Assembly: GCF_009914755.1 (NCBI RefSeq)
Contig: NC_060940.1
Length of the DNA stretch: 64,000 nucleotides
From: the human T2T-CHM13v2.0 reference genome, Homo sapiens
Direction: 5' to 3' (one strand)
The notes below the pieces were generated by a model. The model saw only the letters and a list, made by a program, of their open reading frames with translations, did no database searches and was not told the DNA's origin. Shown piece after piece: positions 45,063 to 64,000 of the stretch (its first letter is position 1; each line of letters begins with the position of its first letter). Position numbers and translations under genes: made by a program.

Positions 45063-45589
45063 CGCCGACCCCCACAACTTTTAGGAGACTTCAGCCAAGC
45101 TCTTTGAAAGTAGGAGGAAGTTCCTGCAGGTGAGTCTCGGCAGACATCGGGGATGGAACCTAGGCTGACTTATTCATTGTGGCTTTGCTGGTGCAGCAGT
45201 TTAGGAATTTCAGTTATTTGAAGTGGCAAGGATAAAGAAAGATGTAATTTTCCTAAATATATAGCTGGAGGCCTTTTAATTATTTTACTGCTAAGGAGGT
45301 CATAAGCACTGGTTCTCAAGCTTTGGAGTGCCGAAGAATCACCTGGCTGCTTGTTAGAAGTAGAGATTCCTAGTGTTAAGCCCCAGGGATAATTTAATCA
45401 ACCCCCTCATTTTATAGACAGGCCAGGGGAGGCAGAGGGCCAAGCCATGTGCCCAAGGGCACCAGCTGGTCAGCAGCGCCGGGATTAGGATCTGGGCATC
45501 TGATGTGGGTGTCTTTCACTAATTGCCTTGCCTCTCAATTCGCTTGTGTCAGTTGTCTGCCTTAAAGGAAGAGTTAGACAAAAGTGGGC

Positions 45590-46862
<1,273 letters not shown>

Positions 46863-48126
46863 ATGGGATATTTGCAATTTTTTTTGGAAAATACTACTGC
46901 ATCACAAAGACAAAATAAGCCTTTATAATGATAATGCTTATTCTGGTTGTCTCTAGCTCAGTTGTCTATAGGCGGCTCAAGGGCACACATCGGACCCTGT
47001 TGGTACAGGAGGGCTGGGATGTGGGGCGAATGGTGACTGGGAGATGGGCAGCTTTTCCTTCTCATGACTCAGGACCCTGAACCTCAAATTCAAGGATCCA
47101 ATAATGGAACTCAATGGCAGAGTGGTAACAAAATTGTGAGCCTGCTAGAGACAACCTGACAGGGTGTCTGATACAGAGAGGGTTCAGCCTGCTGCAGACA
47201 GTGCCCCTCGGCACCCAATGAGCTTAAAAAATGTGTTCCATTTGTCAGTTGGGGTGCCTCGAACTCTGGCAGGCCCAGGTTATCATGCAAATGTGTTCAG
47301 TGGAAGAAGGCATGAAATCATTCTCAGAGATGAATGGGGCTGCTCAGCGGACCTGGGAGAGGAGGGCTCTGCCCAGTAAGACTCCTGCACATCCTCAGGA
47401 GATCTGGCCACACCTCCCACTGAGAGAAGGCACTCACAGGAGGTTCAAGGCACAGCCTGGGCCTAAGGGCCCAGGGACAACTCAGGACACCGGGCAGTTT
47501 GAAGACAGGCAGCCCCATAACTTCTGCCAGAAAATCCAGACATTGAGTGTAATTCGTTTTGGTGTCTTTACATTTCAAGCTCATTTATCCAGGTCAGGAA
47601 CCATTTAGTTTGCATCTAACAAGTCGAGGCCTGTGCAGCATCCTTCTAACATATGGCCTGTTCATCCTGCCTCTGAGCATCTGTCACAGCCATGTTTTGG
47701 GAGGAGGCTGACTCGGCCAGTTTCGCATCGTCAGCTGGCAGGGGCAATCCCACTGTGCAGCTGCTTGAAGAGGGGCACATGGCCTGGCCCAGTCCCCTTG
47801 GCTTCCCCGGCCCCCCAAAACCTGCTTTTTAGAGAAAGAAAGGGGGGCACCTGGCAGGCCACTTGTGAGTCACTCATCTCCTGGGAAATGTTCCAGGCGC
47901 CACTTGGAGGAGATCACTCTGGAAAGCTCCCTGATGCCCAGCAAGCCCATCACCATGGCAACCTATCCATCCTGAGCTGCTCTTCCCTTGGGCCTCCAGA
48001 AAGGAGGCTGACTGAGGTGATGCAAGTTTCTCTGAGGTGAGGCTCATCTCTCATCGAACCAAAGCTATCTTGAAAGATTTCAGATAAATAGATATAATGA
48101 ATAATATAAGAAATACCTGTGCCGCG

Positions 48127-49092
<966 letters not shown>

Positions 49093-49168
49093 CAAAGCTC
49101 TTTTTTGATCTCTTATCATATGGCCTTCCTTACCCCACAAGAGGCTTCCTCTATGCTGAGCTTAAGGT

Positions 49169-49175
<7 letters not shown>

Positions 49176-49214
<39 letters not shown>
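49176..49214. repeat. (TA)n microsatellite
   Basis: About 19 perfect TA units. Confidence 0.95.
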
Positions 49215-49218
<4 letters not shown>

Positions 49219-49493
49219 GTTCTGAACCACAGAACATAAAACCATTTTAAAGTGTACTGAATTATACATCACAAGGGTGGGCAACCAATACCTCTATATT
49301 TACATGTTTTAAAATCTGTACACCTGGGATTGTATGGCAGGTCTTTTGCAATTTGATTTTTGCATCAATGCTGCTTACAAGGTTCATCTATGTTGATGCG
49401 CATAGCTGCCAGCTTGTGCATTTCACTGCCAAATCGTATACCATTGTGTGACTACTTTACAATCGACGCATTCTCCTGGCGATCACTGGGCTG

Positions 49494-50822
<1,329 letters not shown>

Positions 50823-51063
50823 GTGGTTTCCAAGTTTTTAATAATTACCAATACGGGTTAAGCTTTCAAATCCAAAATGCTCCAAAATATGAAACTTTTT
50901 GAGTGCCGACCTGATGCTAAAAGGAAATGCTAATTGGAGCATGTTGGATTTCAGATTTTTGGATTTGGGATGCTGGATCAGTCTAATGCAAATATTCCAA
51001 AATCCAAAGAAATCTGAAATCTGAAACACTTCTTGTCCAAAGCATTTCAGATAAGGGATACTT

Positions 51064-51559
51064 TTTCTTTTCTTTTTTTAAATAGAATGCTTCACGAATT
51101 TGCATGTCATCCTTTATTAGTCCATTTTCACGCTGCTGATAAAGACACACCCGAGACTGGGAAGAAAAAAGGGTTTAACTGGACTTAACAGTTCCACATG
51201 GCTGGGGAGCCCTGAGAATCATGGCAGTAGGCAAAAGGCACTTCTTACATGGTGGAGCCAAGAGAAAATGAGGAAGATGCAAAAGCGGAAACCCCTGATA
51301 AATCCACCAGATCTCGTGAGACTTATTCACTACCATGAGAACAGTATGGGGGAAACCGCCACCATGATTCAAATATCTCCCACCAGGTCCCTCCCATACA
51401 CGTGGGAATTAAGGGAGTACAATTCAAGATGAGATTTGATTGGGGATGCAGCCAAACCACATCACATCCTTGTGCAGAGGCCATGCTAATCTTCTCTGCA
51501 TCATTCTATCTTTTTTTTTTTTTTTTTTTTTTTAGTATATGTGCTGCCAAAGTGAGCAC
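51064..51559 (-). pseudogene. Processed U6 snRNA pseudogene, split by a THE1 LTR (5' part 51465-51559; 3' part 51080-51112; A-tail 51064-51079)
   Basis: Minus strand reads GTGCTCACTTTGGCAGCACATATACTA(n)...AGAGAAGATTAGCATGGCC...CAAGGATG // GGATGACATGCAAATTCGTGAAGCATTC, i.e. full-length U6. A-rich tail and 16-bp flanking duplication are present. Confidence 0.95.
51113..51464 (-). mobile_element. THE1 (ERVL-MaLR, probably THE1C) solo LTR
   Basis: tattagtccattttcacgctgctgataaagac...gccaaaccacatca. 5-bp TSD CATCC at 51108-51112 and 51465-51469. Confidence 0.92.
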
Positions 51560-52261
51560 CAGATGAGGGGTACTTAACCTGTACTCCTGTCTCTTTGTGC
51601 ACGTGCTGGTGCTTCTCCAAGATGTATCTCGGGAGTACAGCTGCTGCATCTGGGGCCAGGTATAGCTCCAGATTTATTAGACATTGCCAAAGTGCTCTGT
51701 AAAGTGGCACTAATTTATACTCCCGTAAGTTTGGCTCTCTTGGGGAAGGGGAAGCCAGGGGCACAATTTAATTGTAGCAACACGGATGGTGTATTTCACT
51801 TAATAAAGTGTTGTGAGGTAGGCAGAGCAGGATTATTCACCATCCTGAGCAACCCTTCAAAGGTGAGGAATCCGAGACGCAGGGGTTGAGGGATTTAGCC
51901 GGATCCCAGAGATAGGAGGGGTTAGAAGGAGGATGTCAAGCCATGTGTCTGACCCGACAGCGCTCTCCTTATGTTAGTTTCTCTCCCTCCTCCTCCCTAG
52001 CACAGCCACCTTGCACCTTATATGAACACAGACTCAGCCTACTCACCAGCTTTCTGAGACCACAAACAACAAAAGCTGGCTGCATAGGAGGGAGAGAGGC
52101 CCCAAGGAGGGGCTCTGTCGTGCGACCCTGCTGGACTTCTCCATCCCAGTTTCCTTGCTGGAGTCAACTTGCCTGTGCACAAAGATTGCATCTGGTAGTA
52201 TTTTTGGACTTAAGTTGCTCTAGGAGGGCATAAATAAAAGCAATAGTAAAAAAGACTTAGC

Positions 52262-57320
<5,059 letters not shown>

Positions 57321-58454
57321 CACCTTCCTCAGTTATTATGTCCCATTTGGGACCATAACTAAGACCTCGCAGGCCGCCTGTTGTGACGCTGGCCTGAAAT
57401 GCTCTACAATCACTTAGAATTATTTATCAGAGGGGATGTGAATAGACATTGTGTTCAAATTTAGCTTGTAAACTACCTTTCTGAGTAATAAGATCCATAG
57501 CCCATAACCATCTAGTGTTGACAGTTGGGTCTTTGTTGCTATGAATTCCCACCACATTAGAGGCCTAGATTGGGAGACCTGCCATAAACTAGTACTCACA
57601 CCCGACGGGTGTGTCATTAGCTTACTCCACCCCTTGGAGGTACTAGTGTTATTCATGCCATTTGCAGACCAGAAAATGGAGGCACAGAAAAATGACCTGT
57701 GGTCAGGGCCACAAAGCTGGTACAGCAAGAAATGGAATGCAGTCTTAGGTAACCTGTCATCACCCAAACCTGTCATGGTACTCGGGTAACACACATGCAC
57801 ATGCAGGCACACACACCAGAAGCAGGTTGTGGGGTTTCCCGCTTATTAATATGAATGGTCTCTATCCCTCTTTCCCTCTTCACTGAAGATGTTACTCTCT
57901 TACTCTCCTCCCTGCTGTTCTGCAAAGAATGTCTGACTCTAAGCAGGAAGTTTGAAATTTACATTTTCTTATGAGTATAAAAAAGAAAATCCTTCAGAAT
58001 ATTCTTTGACAAACTAAAAATTAATGAATTATTGAAGTGGGAGCATATCTGAATTTAACTTTTCTTTGGGAAGAGGAAAAAGGCTGAAGGGAAAAAACAG
58101 CTAATTCAGCAATAATATATCCTTATTTTCAGCCTTACATGCCATCAGTAGGAATCCATTCAGGAGAAAGAGAGATCAGAAGAGAAGCCCGAGTGGAAAT
58201 GAGAACAAGCTGCGAAGGGGCCTGGCATTCCAGTCACTCTAGTGAGCCGCCTCCTCTAGGTCTTCGGGGCAAGGGGCTGGCTGCAGAAAGAGCCTCTTGG
58301 CCCCGGAAAATTCACACCCAGGTTGGTCAGCTATCTTCACCATGCCTGGCAAGACCTCTGCCAGCCTGGACAGACCTGGAATGTGCTGTCTTGAACTGGG
58401 TGGGACTTTGCGGCAGAATAAAGGGAAGGTGAGCGAGGTCGTCATCTTCATTAT

Positions 58455-58683
58455 CCTCTCACAGGACCAACTTTTATTTTATTTATTCATTTAAGGACAA
58501 ATTTTTAAAAGTAAAGTGAATGAAACCATTTGTGATTAAGATACATAGACAGAACTTCAATGTAGAAAAAAAAAAGACCTTGCTGGGAAACAGATGATGA
58601 GAAACACTGTAAAACATTTCACAGACGCACAAAAAGCTCACATTGTAAACAGGATTAAGCTGCTCTTGATTTAGCCCGTAACA
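58455..58683 (-). other. CFDP1: CFDP1 3'UTR (~225 nt)
   Basis: Lies between the stop codon and the AATAAA cluster. 3' end estimated. Confidence 0.8.
58473..58487 (-). terminator. CFDP1: CFDP1 polyadenylation signal cluster
   Basis: Three overlapping AATAAA on the minus strand (plus-strand tttatt at 58473, 58478, 58482). Confidence 0.85.
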
Positions 58684-58774
58684 TCAAGGTTTCATTTTGC
58701 TCAGCCTGAGATCTCGCTCAATTTCAAACTGCCTGTGATCCACTCGGTCGAGGAAGGCTTTCCGTTCAATGTAC
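58684..58774 (-). CDS. CFDP1: CFDP1 last coding exon (end of BCNT-C domain): (G)[29 protein letters not shown]
   Basis: Acceptor ttttcatcttctag|G; one nucleotide completes a split codon, then 29 codons and TGA (58686-58684). Recognisable BCNT/Swc5 C-terminus. Confidence 0.96.
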
Positions 58775-60979
58775 CTAGAAGATGAAAACAGTGTTTGTCA
58801 GTAGAATCCAGTAGGAAAAACTCCTCCCCTGCACAGTCCCATCCCCCAGGGATAAACTAAGTTACAGTAAATGGTGCCGAGAGTGACCACCCATGACTCT
58901 TCCAGTACAATCCAAACCACTCACATTTGGTCTAAACAAGGATGGTGAAAATAAAAGGAAGGCAACAGCTTATCAATGAGAAAGTATATTAGAGGCTGGG
59001 TGGCAGGAAGATGTTGCAATTTTCTAACAAGACTTTAAGGGCAGAAGAAAGAATACCGGTTTACACAAGCATGGGTTCAAGTCCTAGCTCTAGCTCACTG
59101 ATTAGCTGGGCAAAGGAATGAACATCTTTGAGCCTCACTTTCCTCTACAGCAGCATGGTGATGCTGTTTTTCTTGGCTTTAGTGGTGTGTTGAATTGGTG
59201 GGTAAGAGAAAGCTAGGCCTCCTGCATACATACATCAAAACATGAAAAGGGGGCATGTGGTAATGAAGGAAAGAAGACAGTAAAAATGACCTCACAGGAC
59301 TGCAGTGAAGGTGAAGTGAGCTGAGGTTCATAAAGTGCACACTTTAGAAGTGATTTAACTGCTTTGAGCTCTTTTCTTCCCCTCATCCTTTTCTCCTCTC
59401 CGCAGTATCCTCCACCCTGTTTGGTTCTAGGTTGCTTCTGCTAAGATGACAGGAGAACTCTTTCCCTAAATGCCTCTAAGAGAATGAGTTTAAGGGCCTC
59501 TGATCTCTCCTTTCAAGGATCCCCTTGAAAGGTGGACACTCTGCTCCCTAATCTGGTTGGGTTCAGCAAACTTTCCCTCTGTCCTCCAGGCAGGACGGGA
59601 AAGCAGCAAGGGCTGAAGCACAGGCGCGCTTGCTAGGAGTGAGGCTGGCTGCTTAATGAGACACAGCTGCATCTTAATGCACCTCCTCACCATAAAGCGT
59701 GCTGCGATTTGCCTGGGCGGAGGAGATCTCTGCTGCTAATTAATCTATGGAGAGAGCAAAAATTGCCATGGAAAATGGGAGACAAAATTGAATCTCTGCA
59801 CTAATTTTTCTTTTGTTGCACTGTGGAAAATATGCATCTGTCATTACAAAGTCATTACATTTATAGTGAGAATGCTACCAGGTTCAGAAACCTGTGTTCC
59901 CCTGCTGAGTCCAGGGCCTTGCTTTCCCTTCCAACAGCATCCTAGGAAGTACCATCCATCCTACCTCATTTCCAGCTAGGCCTGACTACCCTGACCCTTC
60001 TGGAGGGCTGGCCAGAAATGTACAGGCTCTGAGGCCAGAGGGCTGGAGGTTTGAGTTCTGTCATTTGCTGTCTGTGACTCTGCAAGTCACTTAACCTTGC
60101 TAGTTCTGTTTCCTAATCTGTAATAAAGATAATAAATAATGGCTAGTCATCTCCACTCTGAAGGACTGTTGTGTGGATTAAATAAAATAGTGTCTACATC
60201 ACACAGGGCACAGAGCAGGTACTCAATAAAATGACAGGTAATGTTATCATGGTTTTAGGAAGCCAGCTTCCAACAGGCTCCCAAGGACAGTAGATGGCCC
60301 AAGTCTGGACTTACGGTTTCAGCAATGAGGAACCAAAACACCTGGTCTGGCTCAGGTACTAAGCTGCTGTGTCAAAACCGTCAATGAGGCCAGAATGGCT
60401 GGAAACACAATGACAGGGCCTGCTCTTAGGTTTGATAAAAGCCCTTGGGGTCAGGATTGTCAGATTTAACAAATAAAATTACAGGCTGCCTGGCTGAATT
60501 CGAACTTCAGAGTCCCTGGCAGTCAGGGAAGCTGCAGACAGCATGGACCCCTTTAGATAAAAAGAGAAAAAGGGAAGACAGGTAGGGAAGTGTAGACATC
60601 TAACAACAAACTTACTTCCCACCTCCCACTAAGAGACCCGTGATTCTTGAGTGGGGGCTGCTAACCAAAATGGTCTCAGAGGCACGTTCACTACAACTGG
60701 TCATCTTTCCACCCCAGCCCCACCAGCCCAAGGGAGGCTCACTACCACGGGGACCAGGATTTTGACAGCACTGCACTTTAACTGTCCCCTGGAAGTGCTA
60801 GCAGAAAAAAGAGAGGTGAGCCTCAGCATGAGATCTTGCTGTGCTGTTGTTCACCTGGGGGTGTAAGAGGAATTTAGGGTGTGTTTCAAGAGCCATCTTC
60901 CAGTGCTACCTGTCTGGGAGATCAGGTGGAGGGAAGGAGTAAGTATGTGGCTTTAAGCATTTGGGGTCTTTCTTCCTGA

Positions 60980-61265
60980 CTTTATTTTTTTAAGACAGGG
61001 TCTTGCTTTGTGGCTCAGGCTGGAGTGCAGTGGTGCACAGTTCACTGCAGCCTCGACCTCTCAGGCTCAAACAATCCTCCTGCTTCAGCCTCTCAGGTAG
61101 CTGGGACCACAGGCACACACCACCACACCTGGCTAATTTTAAATCTTTTGTAAAGATAGGGTCTCTCCATGTTGCCCATGCTGGTCTCGAACTCCTGGGC
61201 TCAAGCGATCCTCCCACCTTGGCCTCCCAAGTGCTAGGATTACAGGTGAGAGCCATCGGGCCCAG
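60980..61265 (-). mobile_element. AluJ in the CFDP1 last intron
   Basis: Alu consensus, TSD cctgacttt. Confidence 0.9.
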
Positions 61266-61877
61266 CCCTGACTTTCCTGTAAATAAGAAGTGACACTTAA
61301 ATGAGGATGCTAACTGGGTACGAATAAAGGTCCTGCACGTTCCCAGAAGCTGTGTTGGGTCCAGCTGACTTTGAGACTATCAAGAGTGAAGCCCAGGTTG
61401 GGTGCTAAACAGGCAGGTGCAGTCAGAGTTTAGGTTTAGGGAGGCCTCAGGCAGCAGTGAGGGGAACATGTGCAGGATGCAACTGAATTCTCAAGGGCAA
61501 CCCAGACAAAGGCCATCAAGGCAGGTCTGGTGACTATTCCCCAATTCACAGCCATCTGCAGCTGCTAACAGGATGCCTGTGACGGCCTTGGTTTACTGCC
61601 AAGAGCTGACCATGAACAAAACTACTTGATATGGACTCTCCCACTGCCAAGAGACAGAAAAGGTACTAAGAATGACAGTAGCTCTGACATTTAGTTTTTG
61701 TGTGACTTTGGGCAAGATACTTAATTTTCTGTGCCTTTTTTTCCTTCTCTGTAAAACAGAATAACAATTACAATAACCCTCTGGCAATCCAATGAAACTG
61801 TGAGAAGTGCTTTGTATACAATAAAACAAAAAATAGCTATGGGAGTTGTCATGGGCTTGGGGTTCTTGCTTCCCATT

Positions 61878-61879
<2 letters not shown>

Positions 61880-61932
<53 letters not shown>

Positions 61933-62051
61933 TAGTAGAGATGGGGTTTTGCCATGTTGGTCAGGCTGGTCTTGAACTCCTGGCCTCAAGTAATCTGCCC
62001 GCCTCAGCCTCCCAAAGTGCTGGGATTACAGGCGTGAGCCACTCTGCCCGG
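61880..62051 (-). repeat. (GT)25 microsatellite fused to an Alu left monomer
   Basis: Perfect GT run 61880-61929, then Alu left arm. 16-bp flanking duplication. Confidence 0.93.
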
Positions 62052-62657
62052 TCTTGCTTCACATTTCTTCTGACTTGACTTTACCTCTACAGAACCTCAA
62101 AACCCAGGGCAACCGGAACAGAGACCAAGAGACTAAATGTCCCTGAAAGAGGAAGGGCTCATTAGAAAGGCCACCTCCTCAAAGGTGGCCACTGAGACTC
62201 AGGACATTTTCATGCACTTTAAATGGGTCACGGTCCCAGAACAGACCCACCTGAGGACAAGTGCAATGGGAATCACGGCTCTTGCTCTTGATGTGTCCGG
62301 GTGCTTTTCTGGCCTGTGCGCAGCCCTTTTGGGGGCCCAGCATGACTCAGCCCAGTCCACAGGGAAGCCTAGTGGTGGGGGATGCATCATCCCTTTCTGC
62401 TTACATTACCTTCTGTGGCCCATTTAAGAGGCTCTTCACTTTCTTTAATAAAATATGCTAAGAACCTAAGGGATTTTCTAGTTTTTCCTTTTAGAACCAG
62501 GTTAGGCACAACAGGCTCTGACATCTTTTGAATCTTCCAACCCAAATTATTTATCTGCCACCAATTTCCCTGAGATCTAGGCCAATGAAAAGGGAGGGAG
62601 AAATGGAAGCAGAGGACAAGAGAAGGGTAGAAAATGCTACTAGGGAACATGTCAGTA

Positions 62658-63014
62658 CAAGGCGAGCATCCCAAATCCAAAAATCCGAAATCTGAAGTCC
62701 TCCAAAACCAGAAACTTTTAAAGCACTGACAAGACACAAGTGGAAAATTCCACACCTGATATCTTTGCTTTCTGATGGTTCAATGTACACAAACTTTGTT
62801 TCAAGCACAAAATTATTTAAAATACTGCATAAAATTACCTCCAGGCTTTGTGTATAAGGTACATATAAAACAAATGGATTCTGTGTTTGTTTAAACTTGG
62901 GTCCCATCCCCAAGATTGCTGATGACGTAAAAGCAAATATTTCAAAATTGAAAAAGGTCTGAAATCTAAAACACTTCCAGTCCCAAGCATTTCAGATAAG
63001 GGATATTCAACCTG
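62658..63014. mobile_element. Tigger4b/Zombi-type DNA transposon, full length
   Basis: TA|caaggcgagcatcccaaatcc...aagcatttcagataagggatattcaacctg|TA. 357 bp. Confidence 0.88.
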
Positions 63015-64000
63015 TATCTGGGAACCCACCCTGCAGGAGGACAGAGGGCCTTTGAGGGTGGTAAGGCCCAATGGAGTGCTGACCCGACGTAGTCACCCTG
63101 GCTGAAGTCCCTGAGATGCCTCCTGCACCGCTGGTCAGGAAGAGGGAGAGCACATGGAAGTGCAGGGAAATCTGAGGCAGTCACTGAGGACACTCCAAAG
63201 CTGCATTACTATCATGCTGCCCAGACAAAGCCAGCATTCTGTTCCCCAAGTGAGCATTCAAGGCAGCACAGACACAGGACAAAAAGTGGGTAAATGCATT
63301 TTCCAACACCACAAAGCATGGGCTACGGCAGCACTCCGAGGCTAGAATAAAGCTCTGGGAATGATGTACAGAGATACAGACTTTGCTGCCTCGAGAAATG
63401 CAGTTGAAAGAAGCAGTTTGCCCAATAGTACACCTCCCCCCTTCAGGAGGATTTAACTTGCAAACATCTCAAGGGTTAGACTGGAAGGGCGGTTTCTAAT
63501 TAAGTTTCTTCTCCACTGCCTTCTTCCCCTATCACCTCCAGGTTGTGCTGGTTCTGAAAGAGTGACCCTGAGGAGTCATGAAAATATATTTTTTTGGAGA
63601 AAGAAAATTATTTTCTTCAGTCCCTCCTTCATGCCGCTCCAACTCACAAAAACACCTGGTCTCCAATTGTAACCTTCAATTGATTGATCAGACAGCAGCA
63701 GCTGGGACTAGCCAGTGTTTCTCTTCTCTATGCATGGATTCCTCCCCTTAAGTCAGTTGGCCCCCGCCTTAGCACTGCTAGATGCCAAGCTGCTGCTGCT
63801 GATCACCACCAAGAAACCTGTGTAATGGGTTACAGGACTGCAGGGCTGATCCTGGAATGCTGTACTGGGCCCTGGGAGTCTGGAGCTCAGAGGAAAAGCA
63901 GCAATTCTTTGCTGGACAAATGACTGTCTCCGGTACAGGCACTTCAACCAACTCTGCTGACTGAAATGACTCCTGGATGGAAACATCATTCTGACGTATT

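Larger units (their letters stand above)
50854..51581. mobile_element. Tigger4a/Zombi-type MITE, interrupted in its right terminal repeat by the U6 retrocopy
   Basis: TA|cgggttaagc...tccaaaatgctccaaaa...aagcatttcagataagggatactt // aacctg|TA. Confidence 0.85.

Noticed and set aside
51064-51559. Functional U6 snRNA gene
   Set aside because: Interrupted by an LTR, has an internal poly-A expansion, an A-tail and a TSD, and has no upstream PSE/TATA; it is a processed pseudogene.

Overview
Human (primate) genomic DNA from the BCAR1-CFDP1 locus (16q23 by recall). Both genes lie on the minus strand. Bases 1-33 kb hold the 5' two-thirds of BCAR1 (p130Cas): coding exons 2-4 and part of exon 5 (SH3 domain, 15 YxxP substrate-domain motifs, start of the serine-rich four-helix bundle). 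They also hold eight short ATG-bearing alternative 5' exons (M, ME, MNHL, MQGK, MPAK..., MSVP, MLTH..., MHCP...), all ending in phase 0, and two CpG-island promoters (~15.4-16.8 kb and ~29.9-31.1 kb). Bases 33-58 kb are a repeat-dense intergenic stretch (many Alus, L1M fragments, MER21/MER34/THE1 LTRs, Tigger4, a split U6 pseudogene). Bases 58.4-64 kb hold the terminal exon, 3'UTR and poly(A) signals of CFDP1 and part of its last intron. I see no wholly new gene system. The most interesting observations are: MIR-derived start/splice signals in two BCAR1 5' exons; a 263-aa spliced +1-frame ORF nested in the BCAR1 substrate domain; a three-level nest (Tigger4 > U6 retrocopy > THE1 LTR) with all target-site duplications still readable; complementary UG/CA tracts flanking symmetric exons 3-4; and several Alu structures that record their own history. 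Repeat subfamily names and repeat boundaries are by eye and approximate.
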